Positions 1-11,130 of a DNA stretch of 64,000 nt are shown here, piece after piece. The position numbers were made by a program, and so were the translations under genes. This DNA is from Podarcis filfolensis (taxonomy: Eukaryota). Position 1 is the first letter of the stretch. Each line of letters opens with the position of its first letter. The notes beneath the pieces are model-generated. The model saw only the letters and a program-made list of their open reading frames with translations, made no database searches and was not told where the DNA came from. Where the stretch lies: the NCBI GenBank assembly GCA_964270895.1, contig OZ185440.1; one strand, 5' to 3'.

Positions 1-156
1 TTCTCCCTGTATCATCTTTATGGCAATGAGGGCTCAGTGTATTCTGTCCATGTACATCAGGGAGGAGAGACATTGGGAGAGGTAGCAAGAGAGCAATGGG
101 GATGACTAAGAATTGAGGAGAAAAGAAGAAGGTAAGTAAGAAGGTGGGAGGAGAGA

Positions 157-334
157 CATAGGGTGGTGCCTTATACTGACTCAGACCACTGGTCCATCTA
201 GTTCAGTATTAGAAAATATTTACACTGACTGACAGCAGCTGTCCAGGGCTTCAGGCAGGAGTCCCAGCCTTACCTGAAGATGCCAGGGGTGGAACTTGGG
301 ACCTTCTACATGCTCTGCCGCTGGTCTACAGCCC
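157..334 (-). mobile_element. tRNA-derived squamate SINE (Squam3-like)
   Basis: Characteristic ggtccatctag...ctgactgacagcagct.tccaggg.ttcaggcaggagtc...gatgccagggg..gaac.tgggacctt body and head. Confidence 0.75.
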
Positions 335-352
335 TTTCCCAAGAGGCTAGAA

Positions 353-655
353 CAGGCATAGGCAGTGGCAGAGCTTCATACTCCCGCACTGGGGGGCGGA
401 GAGCAGGTGGGGGCAGGACAGGCACGCATTCCAGGGGCATGGCGCAGCACCTGCAGAGGCATGGCGCCCAGCACAGGCGGGGGGGGGGAGCTGCGATGGC
501 ACCCCACCGGGATCGCGCTGCCGGGGGTGGTGCGTTCCCCCCGCACTCCTCTTCCTCCACCAGTGGGCACAGGCAAACTCCAGCCCTCCAGATGTTTGGG
601 ACTACAATTCCCATCATCCCTAGGTAACTGGAGGGCTGGAGTTTGCCTGTGCCTG
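353..655. mobile_element. hAT-type hairpin MITE (outer element of a nest)
   Basis: Perfect 8-bp TSD GGCTAGAA (345-352 and 656-663). 25-bp perfect inverted repeat 567-591 / 628-652. Confidence 0.88.
363..565. mobile_element. GC-rich hAT-type MITE inserted into the left TIR of the 353-655 element
   Basis: CAGTGG...CCAGTG termini. 8-bp TSD GGCATAGG / GGCACAGG (355-362 and 566-573). Confidence 0.78.
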
Positions 656-871
656 GGCTAGAATGACTGAGGAGATGGGAGAAAGTGGAGCACAGGAGGA
701 ATGGGTGGGAGAGAAGAGGGAATGCTCCCAGATTTGTAGAATGGGTAGCCAGATGGCAGGTGGGAGGAAGGGTTGTGTGGATTGGATTTCATCAGCCAAA
801 GCATTGTCTGTAGGCCTCTATCTTGCTTTCTGTTGCTGTAGTAAAGATCTCTGCCATTTTGTATCCTCTAG

Positions 872-984
872 CACCAAAAAGGCCACCAAGCAACATTTCC
901 TGGAAGTTTTCCAGCACCAGCATTAGCATCAAGTGGGATCCTGTGGTCGCCAATTCAGATGAGTCCGCTGTCACTGGGTACAAG
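872..984 (+). CDS. CNTN2: CNTN2 third-to-last coding exon
   Basis: tatcctctag|CA CCA AAA ... TAC AAG|gtaact. Confidence 0.95.
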
Positions 985-3900
985 GTAACTTGTAGAAAGT
1001 CTCCCCCCTCCACCACCGCCCTTGGCTGAAGGATTCTTGACTTCTGAAATGCAGTATAATAAGTCAGTGCAAAGTATACCCCCCTGAGAAATAACACTGG
1101 GTGGCAGGGTGGTATTTCATTAATTTACTGAGTGAGCGAGACTCCTCATAAAATAAATGCTCTAGGCATTGCACAAATAAAAAATAAATGAAATAAAAAC
1201 TAACAGTAAATCCATACTGCAATAAAGCCACAATAAACTTAAGAGACAACCGGCATAAAAGTCCAGATACACAACCAGCACAATAAAATGCTGTGTGCAG
1301 CACAGAACTAAGGCAACTATCAAATACATACATTAAAAACCGCTAAGCTTTCCCGAGGGAATTAAATCCAGATCTTAAAAGGCTGCTCCATTCTTTCTCT
1401 GTACTGTGGTTCTGCATTTTCTACACATCCATTTTCTCTGGATGTGTAGCTGTGACTGTACACATCCTTATCTGTAAGTCCCATCAACATTTGATTTCTG
1501 AACAAGGGCTTAACTCCCAAGTAAATTTGCACAAGATCAGGCTCAGGAGTCTTCTGCAAGATATTGGAAAACGCACATGCCGCCCCTGTGACTACTGGTT
1601 CCTTAAAAATAACTGAGGGATGGGAGTGATCCTTAAGTTGAAGGGGACTCAACAACAGTAAACTCAACATGCCTCCTCCCAATAGATGCTGTACCAGTCG
1701 GACCCGCACTCAGCTCCTGTTCTGTACACAGCCGCCAAAAATTGGATTGAGATCATGGTTCCAGAAGACTCTACTCATGCAGTGGTGCAAATCAGGACGA
1801 CTGGTCCAGGAGGAGATGGAGTCCCAGCAGAGGTGCGCATCCTGAGAAACAGTGGTGCGTCTGCTCTTCTCTTTTCTCCTTATTCTACATTTATCGTGTA
1901 GGCTCAACTTTTCGCCCCAGCAGGCAAGTTAAAAACGGCAGGATCAATTGCCTTTAGTAACGGGCAAGTTTATTCTCCCCTGGCTTTGTTACTTGGTTCT
2001 CTGCTTTGGTGTGACAGTGGAAAATTAAGAGGAATAAATGCTGGGGAAATAACAAGATTGAATGCTGTAGTGCTGGGTCACATTTCTCCAGTGTGGAGGA
2101 TGAATAAGGACTCTTGTTCCACACTTGAGTTGGAAAGTGTGCCTTGCCTGAACTCCTGTCCAGGGTCCATGGGTATTTAGTCAGAGCGTTTTGTTTTGTT
2201 AGTGAAATGGGACATGGAACCCATCCCATAAACATTCTAATGCATATTCAAACCCTGGGTTTACTATGAATTGAAATATGTGATGAGGGGGCAAAGGAGT
2301 TCGGTTCTGCACAGACTTGGATTAAATAAAATCTTAACTGGATAAGAATTACAGGGCGACCTTACACTTGAAGCAAGCGCCATGCAGCTCTGAGGTTCAT
2401 ACTTCCAAGCCAGGGAGTAAGAATTTTGATGACAACCCTAGAAGTACAGGTTCAACCACCACTGTGAAATGTGTTTGGGACCTGTGTTTAGGAAGTTGAA
2501 GAAGCAATGCAGTAGTGGAGCATGGTGGAGGGTGGGGTAGCACCAGTACTTTGTTTCTAGAAAAGAAAGGTGGCGGTACTCTGGTCAGTTGCCCTGGGTG
2601 CAAAATTTCCTCAGGGCCAGGAAAAGCAATTACATGTAGAACGATTCCTTCTTGGGGAAGGAGGCAGAAGGGCTCCAGGATCCTGTCAGAGCCTTGCACC
2701 TCCTTCCCAAAATCCAGGAAGCATTTGCCCAGCTTAGGGAAGGAGATTCAATGCTGTGACAGGGTCCAAGAACCCCTCCTTCCTCCTTCCCAATAAAAGG
2801 TGGTGGTACTGTGTACCATTGCATACCACCAGGAAAAATTCAAGTTTAGTTGTCTCAAATTCATTTTGAAGAGGTAAGCAAACTCCTAAGACATCCAGTT
2901 ATAGTGGCTCACATATGCACACAGAAGCAGGACTGTTACATCAGCTGCACACTCAAAAAGGTCTCTGGAACAAAGTCAGAAAATAATCATGCCAGTGTTT
3001 GGTTTGGTTAAAAACACACACACACACACACAAAAAAAACCTTGGAGAAGAACAGAGTGAAACAGTAGTTCTTCATCAGTAAATCAATAATATTGAGAAA
3101 TGTATTGCAACGCAAGCAGTTGAGTGATCAATTAAGCAGTGCACTAATTGAATGACTAGATCAACAAAACTCTGTGTGCAAATACATTCCACTATAAATG
3201 GCTTGTATTTTAGAATACTTCTCTCCTGGCTGGCCTTTGTTTCACTTATGTAAGTAAAAGTTGGGCATCCTTCAACTAGCCTATCTTACCATGAGCACTT
3301 CTTTTAAGTAAAAGGGAGAGAAAGATCTGCAGTGGGAGATGGACTGAGAAGGATAAACTGGGAGTCAAGGGCAAACTGAGAAACATCTGCACAGCCTTCA
3401 TGTAACAGGAGGAACTAGAAATTTAATGGGCGGAATAGGGAGGGAAGCTGGGAACTGCAGGTGATTGAAGTACCCTTGCCATGTCTCTAGGTACATAAGC
3501 ATTCACACAATAGGCTTCAACCATTTCAAAAATGTTTTTCCATCAGTGGGGTGTTTTGAATAGGCCTGGATGCTCAGCTATATTGTCATGGCCCCAGCAG
3601 CTAATCCAAAGCCAGAACAGGAACAGTTTAAAGGACAAACCACATGAGCCTCTTTCAGAAGCATGGGTGGTACTCCACATATTCAGTCATCACATGAGTG
3701 GTGGCGGCAGGTATGTGCATGCGAGCATAGGCAAGCTACACACATACGTCAGAATGCATTCATTGAACACACAGACCCCAAGCCATGCTTCAGAAATAAT
3801 AATAATAATAATAATTTATTATTTGTACCCCGCCCATCTGGCTGGGTTTCCCCAGCCACTCTGGGCGGCTTCCATAGAAAACCAAAAATACACTAAAATA

Positions 3901-4491
3901 TCACAGATTAAAAACTTCCCTGAACAGGGCTGCCTTAAGATGTCTTCTGAATGTCAGGTAGTTATTTATCGCTTTGACATCCGATGGGAGGGCGTTCCAC
4001 AGGGCAGGCGCCACTACCGAGAAGGCCCTCTGCCTGGTTCCCTGTAGCTTTGCTTCTCGCAATGAGGGAATCGCCAGAAGGCCCTCGGCGCTGGACCTCA
4101 GCATCCGGGCAGAACGATGGGGGTGGAGATCAGGCATAGCCTTGATCTCCAGGCTCCCAGAATCTGCCCCCACTGGTTTTGGAATCTAGAGTTTACTCCA
4201 GTACTGGAGCAATGCTGACTTGCTGAGCCAGTGTTTCGCCTTCCCCTTCCCCTGTAGCATAGCATACAATGGAAAATGCAGAACAAACACTTCAGGAAAT
4301 TCTGAAGCTTCTGCTTGTTCAAAACAAAGGGCCTTTTGACTTGTGTTTTTGCAACTCAACAGCATTGTTTCTTTCTTACAGGGACCAGTATGATGGTACA
4401 AAATTCTGCTGACCGTCCAGTGGCAAATACAGTGGTTGCTCTGATGTACTCACTAATTCTGTCTGCACTAATGGGTTGCTTGGAGCTCTGA
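872..4491 (+). CDS. CNTN2: Contactin-2 (TAG-1/axonin-1), 3' partial: last three coding exons (final FN3 repeat and GPI-anchor signal)
   Basis: Exons 872-984, 1686-1854 and 4382-4491 join in frame: [38 protein letters not shown] | [56 protein letters not shown] | [36 protein letters not shown]. This matches the recalled CNTN2 C-terminus ([16 protein letters not shown]...LEL). Order next to TMEM81/RBBP5/DSTYK matches known synteny. Confidence 0.96.
1686..1854 (+). CDS. CNTN2: CNTN2 penultimate coding exon
   Basis: cccaatag|ATG CTG TAC ... AAC AGT G|gtgcgt. Confidence 0.95.
3794..4129 (-). mobile_element. 5'-truncated L2 copy (same family as 62793-64000), antisense in the last CNTN2 intron
   Basis: About 18 differences over about 315 nt versus the 62.8-63.1 kb copy (hand count, roughly 94%). 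(TTA)n tail. Encodes ...[17 protein letters not shown]...FREVFNL. Confidence 0.92.
4382..4491 (+). CDS. CNTN2: CNTN2 last coding exon (GPI signal)
   Basis: tttctttcttacag|GG ACC AGT ATG ATG ... GAG CTC TGA, followed by a second stop TAA. Hydrophobic C-terminal tail. Too short to appear in the ORF track. Confidence 0.93.
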
Positions 4492-4616
4492 TAACCAGCC
4501 CCTGTTAAATAGAGATGTTGGATTCCTCCTCATCAAGCCAGAGAGCAAATCAACAACTGACCATTGGGAGTACAAATTTCTACTACAACTAGTAGTAGAA
4601 AAGAACTCAAGAGAAA

Positions 4617-4640
4617 TATATATATATATATATATATATA
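4617..4640. repeat. (TA)12 microsatellite in the CNTN2 3' UTR
   Basis: Read directly from the sequence. Confidence 0.95.
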
Positions 4641-7600
4641 CTCTTTTCTTCCTTTTTCTTTTTTTAGAAAATAGAATATTTCATACAAGACGCGAGTCTT
4701 TAATCAGTCAGTGGTTTTTTTTAACTGAAGAAACAAAAGGATGAATTTCATATGAATTCTGGAAACTGGCTGTCTCATATTACTGTATTCAGTAGATTCT
4801 TCTGCCTTACAAAGCCATGTACAGAAGGAAACAGACTCTTAAAACTCAATCTTGAACCTTGTTTTCTTTCTTTCTTTTTTTAAATTACAGAATAAACGCA
4901 GTATCTTTTGGGGAGAGGTTTTCAAAGAGACGAGCATGCTCTGTATCATTCCAGCCAGTATTGAACTGACGACTCTTGGGTTCAAAGATGAAGGAGAACT
5001 CACTGAGTGGCAGCATTAGTCTAATCACTGCCTTTCATGGCAACCAACGGAAGTGGAGAAAGCTAATGGTGATGGGCAAGCATTTCCCACCCCAGACTTT
5101 AGAAGAAGCAAGCAGAGCTTTGTGAATGGGTTGCCAAAAGTAGAAAATTGAGGCTCACGGGTGGAACCAAAAACATTAAGTTGCCTTGCCATGTGGCTTC
5201 CACCCAGTATGTGCTGCTTGTAATCTTCGGTGCTTTGCCACACTTGGCGCAACACACATGCATTTACCAGTTCTTGCATTTTCCTTTGCTTTTCTTTCCT
5301 TCTCCTCCCCCTGTCCCACTTCACTAGGTGTTTTGAAGAGAAAGCGATACCAGAGGAGCTTTTATGTCAGGAGGGAAAAGTTCAGGGTCTGTCTAAAAGG
5401 ACATTTGAATGTGGTAGAATGGAGGTGGTTACTGCAGAAGCCTCTTTCCACTTTTACATAGTAGTATCATCTGCCCAAACTTCCATTAATCTGCCTTGGA
5501 CCTGAGAGCAAATTCAATCTATTAAGTTGTCATACCTTTCCACCTGTAGGAAAGTTCTCAGGTCATGTGTGGTTGCCAAACCAATAAATATTTGGAAATG
5601 TTATGCCTCTCAATGCCTACTGATCACTCTCAGAACTGAATAGTAGATCAATTGAGCACCTGAACTGAGACATAAGAATGCTGACAGACACCTTTTGTTT
5701 CTCAGAACGTTCTTCAGTGATTTAATGTTTGTTCTTAGCTGGTTGATCTCTCTTAGTGTGCTTTACATCTTTCGTAGACTAAGGGGGGGGGACTTCAGCT
5801 CCCCAAACAGCTTGTAAGAACGAACCAATAAGATTAGTGTAGGAATCCTGTTACGCACTATAAAACACCCTCGTACTTTCCTGAACTCAGAAAATAGGAC
5901 GGATGCTTACTGGGGCTACCCAGCCAGATGGGAAGGGAAACGTTTAAGGTGCAGGAGTTGCTTCTTTTAGTGATTGGACAACTTCTTCAGATCTTAAACA
6001 TACAGAAATGGCTTGATGATGGTGTTTTCCCCCTTGGTGATGGTGTTCTTCATATTTCACAGTGTTGAATGGATGTGGATAGCAACCCCTGTAGCTACTC
6101 GGTTGGCTGGAGAGGTGGTGATTAACTCTGGCAACGTCTCCCCAAGCCATTATCAGCTCTAATAAGAGGGTAAATATAGGTACTTCACTCATCTTCAAAG
6201 GAGAAAGTTAGAGAAAGAAAAGGTTTGTTACAAGTCTATTTTATTGTGTCTGCTCCAGTCCTAAGGTACCTACATAGAATGTGAATTGTCCTCCATAATT
6301 TACATCCTGTTTAGGAATGTTAGTCTTAAATTATGTGCTAGCTTCCCCTTTTGATGGAAGCTCTTCTGTTGTTCAAATGCAAGTTATAGCTATGTTTTGT
6401 ATATTTTATGTGGATTTTAGAGTTCTTGCTCTATTTTTATTGAAGGCTTGGTATATTTCTTGTTTGGGGTAGATTGGTTGGCATTAAGAGGTTTTGTTGG
6501 CATTAAGGGAATCTCTCTAACATATGAAGCAAAGTTCATTCCCAAATTGTTTGTAACCAGATACTGGGAAATGAACCAGGGACCTTCTTCATGTGGTCTA
6601 CCATTGAGCTGTGGCTACTCAAGATATGTTACTCAGAAGCATCAGGTGTGAGTTATCTCTGCACGACATATTGTGGTATACTAGGCTTAAATTAAGCTAG
6701 AGCTTGGACCAGGAACCTATCAAGTGATCAAACCAAGTTGCCTTTGAAAATGTGCAGCATACCTTAACCTCTCCTCTAGATAGCCATGGAGTGGGATCTG
6801 ATGAGAGGGTGCAGGTTCCAGGCAAGTTTGAGTTCCACCATTTTGCTCTTTCAGAAATTAAATACTGGTGGCAGCATTCAGAGTATCTTTGGTTCTCCAG
6901 ATGCTGCTGGACTACCATCACCCCTGACCATTGGCCATGCTGATTACTGATGATGAGAGTTGAAGTTCATCAACATCTGGAGGGCCACAGGTTCACCATA
7001 CCTGTCCTCAACAGTGAGAGGTAATATAACATGGAAGTGTTCATCCAGCATGCCAAGTTCTCCTGACAACCTGGGCAGAGAGGGCCAAGTGATTGACAGC
7101 TGGGTGTTTGAAAAACTGAGCCTTGATATTTTGATGCTTTAAACAAGATGCAAACTGAAAAGGGTGCAGAAACCTGTTTTCCAGTGGTCTTGTATCACCC
7201 CCTCAACATAGTCTGCTCTACTTTAGTAATGTGGAAAACCTAAAAACTGTAGAGTAACTTTACTAGCATTGTGTGTAAGTGTGATGCCAATAGTTTTACA
7301 TTTGCATTCTGTTAAAAATGGCTGCTGGCGGGATACATCTTGTCGCTCCGCTCATCTCTGTTGAGTTTGATGGGATGTAGCCTTGTCTCTTTTCAAGGGC
7401 ATGAAAAGGCCTTTTTTCTTCACTAAGGTGGGGTGTCTATAAATCCAGTCAGGGCCTAGGCCCTACCTCCTTAGCCAAGGAGTTCCACCTTGGTGTTAAG
7501 CTAGTTGTATCTCATCCCTCTTCTGCTCTTTCCCAGGGACACCCTTGGTTGTTCTCTCCTCCCTCTAAGGGGTGGGTGGGTGCCAAACCAAGCTGCCTTT

Positions 7601-8082
7601 TTTAAAAAAACAAAAAAACAAAAATCTTTAACCTGACAGAAGAAAGTATTTAAGGTGTCTTCCAGCTTGCACTGGAGAGTTGGAAGTGAGGATGAAAGAG
7701 CACATTTTTAAGCAGACTGACCTTATTTGCATCTCCCAGGCTAACACATGCCTAATACGTGGATTGGACCATAGTTTACCTTCAATTTTGCACTTCTTGG
7801 CCCAAAATACATACCAAAATGTGTAAAAATAATAATATCTGTTTTTTAAGGATAAAATAGATTTAGAAATGCACACATGGATATGAAATACACATTTAAA
7901 TATGATTTTTGTAATAAAAATACATATTTAAATTATATTTAAATATGAATTTCTGTATTGATTTTCAATAAATTGCAGATTGATAAAGCAGGAAGTGATA
8001 GATTTGTGAACAAACATGTGAGAAACTGACAGAGACTGGAAATAGACAGATCTGCCTATCTCTAGCTGGAAGCTATTTCTTT

Positions 8083-8335
8083 GGGAGCTAACACAGCATT
8101 GTGATTGGCTAAGAGACATGGCCTGTAAACCAAGAGTTCCTTGATTCACAGCTTGCCTCTGCCATGGACGCAGTAGGTGGCCTTAGACAAGCCACTATCA
8201 CTCAACCTCAGTGCCTCATCTGTAATAGGGGGTGTAATAATACTGATTTGCCTTTCAGGATGATTTGTAAGGATCTCTGAGATCATGTACGAGGAGCACT
8301 TTGAGGACTCCAAATTGCTTCGAAAATGTTATTGT
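8083..8335 (+). mobile_element. Ancient CORE-type (MIR-like) SINE in the CNTN2 3' UTR
   Basis: Degenerate tRNA head followed by ctcagtgcctcatctgtaatagggggtgtaataatactg...tgtaaggatc...gagatcatgta, resembling the MIR CORE domain. Confidence 0.65.
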
Positions 8336-9158
8336 ACTTTTCAGTTGCATATATTGTTTTGTTGCAGTTCTTCCCTCCTGTTGACCTGAAGGAGTATTTT
8401 GACAGCAGTGCGCAAACTCAAGTCAGGGTGTATAGAAAAGCAAGCGGGAGATTTTGTTCCACACAGGCAAAAAGGGAGAGGCAGACCATGTCCCCTGTGT
8501 GGGCCATAGAAGAGTGTTTCGTGCCCTTATCTAAAAGCATGCAAGGTAGGCATTTGTGCAGTGCATCAATGTGTTTTGGTAGGCTGTATTTTAGAATGAG
8601 GGAATTTCTCCAGAGAAGCAAAAAAGACATCCTTGTTGTATTCTAGCGTGCAATCTAGAATACTTCCAATTCCGCTCGGCTTCAAACGAAGCTGAGCCCT
8701 GTGGAGAACTTCATGCCTATAGCTGTGCTAATGAAACAATTCGTTATAGTTTATGTAATGTGCATAGAATGGGATAGAACTGGGCATGCCAGAGACACTT
8801 TGCAAATGTTAACATTTCCTTGGGCTCAGGTGGGGCTCAGGCCAGGTATATTCATATCCCTGGCATATTACTGGCAAAATTCACCTGTGACACATTGATT
8901 GGAAAGGATACCAGTTGACTTTTTTCCATGAGTGTCACTCTAGACTTCAGACTTGCTGTTTAAAATAAAGCAGTATTTTAAAATATAAAAGTGAGACACG
9001 ATTAGGATGTATGATAAATAGCCCTGTGAAATTACGTGTGTATGTATGTATGTATATTTATATGTGCATTTGTTTTTGAATTTGTGCTATTTCTTCTCAT
9101 GCATTGAAATATATTCTTTTTGTTACATTTACATTCATACTCCAACTTATCATGTATA

Positions 9159-9164
9159 AATAAA
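9159..9164 (+). terminator. CNTN2: Probable distal polyadenylation signal of CNTN2 (3' UTR about 4.7 kb)
   Basis: AATAAA at the end of a U/UG-rich stretch (about 9030-9160) typical of 3' UTR termini, with TGTA just upstream. Another AATAAA lies at 4891-4896. Confidence 0.55.
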
Positions 9165-9267
9165 ACTGCAGTACACGTTCAGGTTTTATACTGTATCAGT
9201 GTTTTCAGGCAAGCTGACAGTAGAGAGGCATCTACTGATAGCTGTCTTGAGGACTTGCAGTAGATTG

Positions 9268-9637
9268 GGACACGGGTGGCGCTGTGGTCTAAACCACTGA
9301 GCCTCTTGGGCTTGCCGATTGGAAGGTCGGCGGTTCGAATCCCTGTGACGGGGTGAGCTCCTATTGCTCTGCTCCTGCCAACCTAGCAGTTCAAAAGCAC
9401 GCTAGTGCAAGTAGATAAATAGGTACCGCTGCGGTGGGAAGGTAAACGGCATTTGTGTGTGCTCTGGTTTCCGTCAGTGTTCCGTTACGCCAGAAGCTGT
9501 TTAGTCATGCTGGCCACATGACCTGGAAAACTGTCTGTGGATAAACACCAGCTCCCTCGGCCTGAAAGCGAGATGAGCACCGCAACCCCAGTCGCCTTTG
9601 ACTGGACTTAACCATCCAGGGGTCTTTTACCTTTACC
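9268..9637 (+). mobile_element. Sauria SINE, full length
   Basis: tRNA-like head with A/B boxes (TGGCGCTGTGG, GGTTCGAATCC), body motif gtgcaagtagataaataggtacc, (ACCTTT)n tail, TSD TAGATTG at 9261-9267 and 9638-9644. Confidence 0.92.
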
Positions 9638-10164
9638 TAGATTGGCAAAGATTTCTGGGTCCGAGAGAGCTGGGGGTAAACATAGTGGCTAAAGGGAATG
9701 ACCTATGAAGTCCATGGCTTGAATCAAATCTCTGTCATTAACTCATTGTGTTGTCTTAGGTGGTCTACTCTCAGTCTATACCTGCAATAATGCTGGCTTA
9801 CTTTACAGTGTTAGTGAAAAGACTGCAGCTAGATCAGGAGTTCCCCAAACTGTCATCTATGAGCTTGTATTCAGGTGTGGATTTGTAGGTTTTCGTATTG
9901 CTGCTTTCATTTTAATATATTTTACTTTATTTAGTCCTGAAGCTCCTATCTGGTACATATCTGCTTCCGAACAAACTTGCATAGGAATACACTGCAAGTG
10001 TATGTCCTTAGCTCCTTTCCCTCCCAATCCAAAAAGTGGATCCTGCAAAACTGAAGCCTGCCCACCTTTAAGCTTTTTTGCATGACATTGAAAAATCTGC
10101 ACTCTGGACCTACAGAGGTTTTCCCCATGCAGCTTGGCACCACTAGTAATGCCAAGGATTGTTC

Positions 10165-10290
10165 CAGCGGTGGAAAGCCTGTGACCCTCTAGGTGTTATT
10201 AGACTCCCATCAGCCCAAGCCAGCATGGTCAATAATCAGGTATGATTATAATCCAACAATATCTAAAAAGCCATGGGTTCCCCATCCCTG
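10165..10290. repeat. Copy of an abundant hairpin MITE family (ggactacaactcccatcat core)
   Basis: Imperfect TIRs CAGCGGTGGAAAGCC / GGTTCCCCATCCCTG. Related copies by eye near 6890-7005, 22800-22870, 32600-32705, 33560-33670, 35390-35445, 50940-51060 and 56460-56590. Confidence 0.6.
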
Positions 10291-10990
10291 CTTTCATCAG
10301 AGAGAAGCAAGTGCCCACCTTAGGCTCAGTGCCCCTCCTGCCAGTCACCTAGTGGGAGATCAGTGCTGGTCACATTGTGGGTGTGCAGGAAACAGCTTCC
10401 TGAATGCTGCCGCAGTTCTGTATCCTCCTCTTGCCGTTGAGATTCCCTGGATCAGGGCTGTTAGGAACTGAATACCAGAATACAATACAACTTTCCCCTT
10501 CATATATATCCCCAAGATATATATAAATATACATATATATTTTCCCTATTATAGCTGTGTCCATTACACAGCATGGTTTGATTAGTCTGACTGCTAAGTA
10601 CAATAATTCACTAAGGCATGATCCACACTGTTTTTCATTTTCATTGTTTTTATCCACACTTAGACCGGCATTTTTATTTTTCACAAATAACGTGTTTTGC
10701 CTGCCTGCCTTTCACTGCTTTCATCCACTGATGGTAGTAAGGTTTTCTCCATCTGATTGGAGCGTGAAGGTCAAGCAAGGTCAGGGATGTCATTGATGTG
10801 TTCTGTGGTATGCATGGTATGGTTTTGTTTGGAATGATTCCTGCTTTCTCTGTTTTGAAGCAACCCAGTGGCCTAAGGTGACTGCAACAGCACATGGTCA
10901 TTCACTCGTTCCGAAGGCCATGTATGGAGAGGGCTGGATGTGCCCATTCCAGGTAACATGGCCATTAACCTAACACAAGCTGAATGTAGT

Positions 10991-11130
10991 CTGTGGCCTC
11001 CCCCAACCTAGCATTCTCCAGGTGTTTTGGACTACAACTCCTGTCATTTCTAACCACTGGCCAAGCTTGCTAGAGATGATGGGAGCTGGAGTCTAACAAC
11101 ATCTGGCAGGCACCTTGTTGGCCACCCCTA
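10991..11130. repeat. Hairpin MITE family copy
   Basis: tccaggtgttttggactacaactcctgtcat ... gatgatgggagctggagtctaacaacatctgg self-complementary arms. Confidence 0.65.

Noticed and set aside
280-661. Several 66-115 aa ORFs at the window start
   Set aside because: All lie within the SINE and nested GC-rich MITEs
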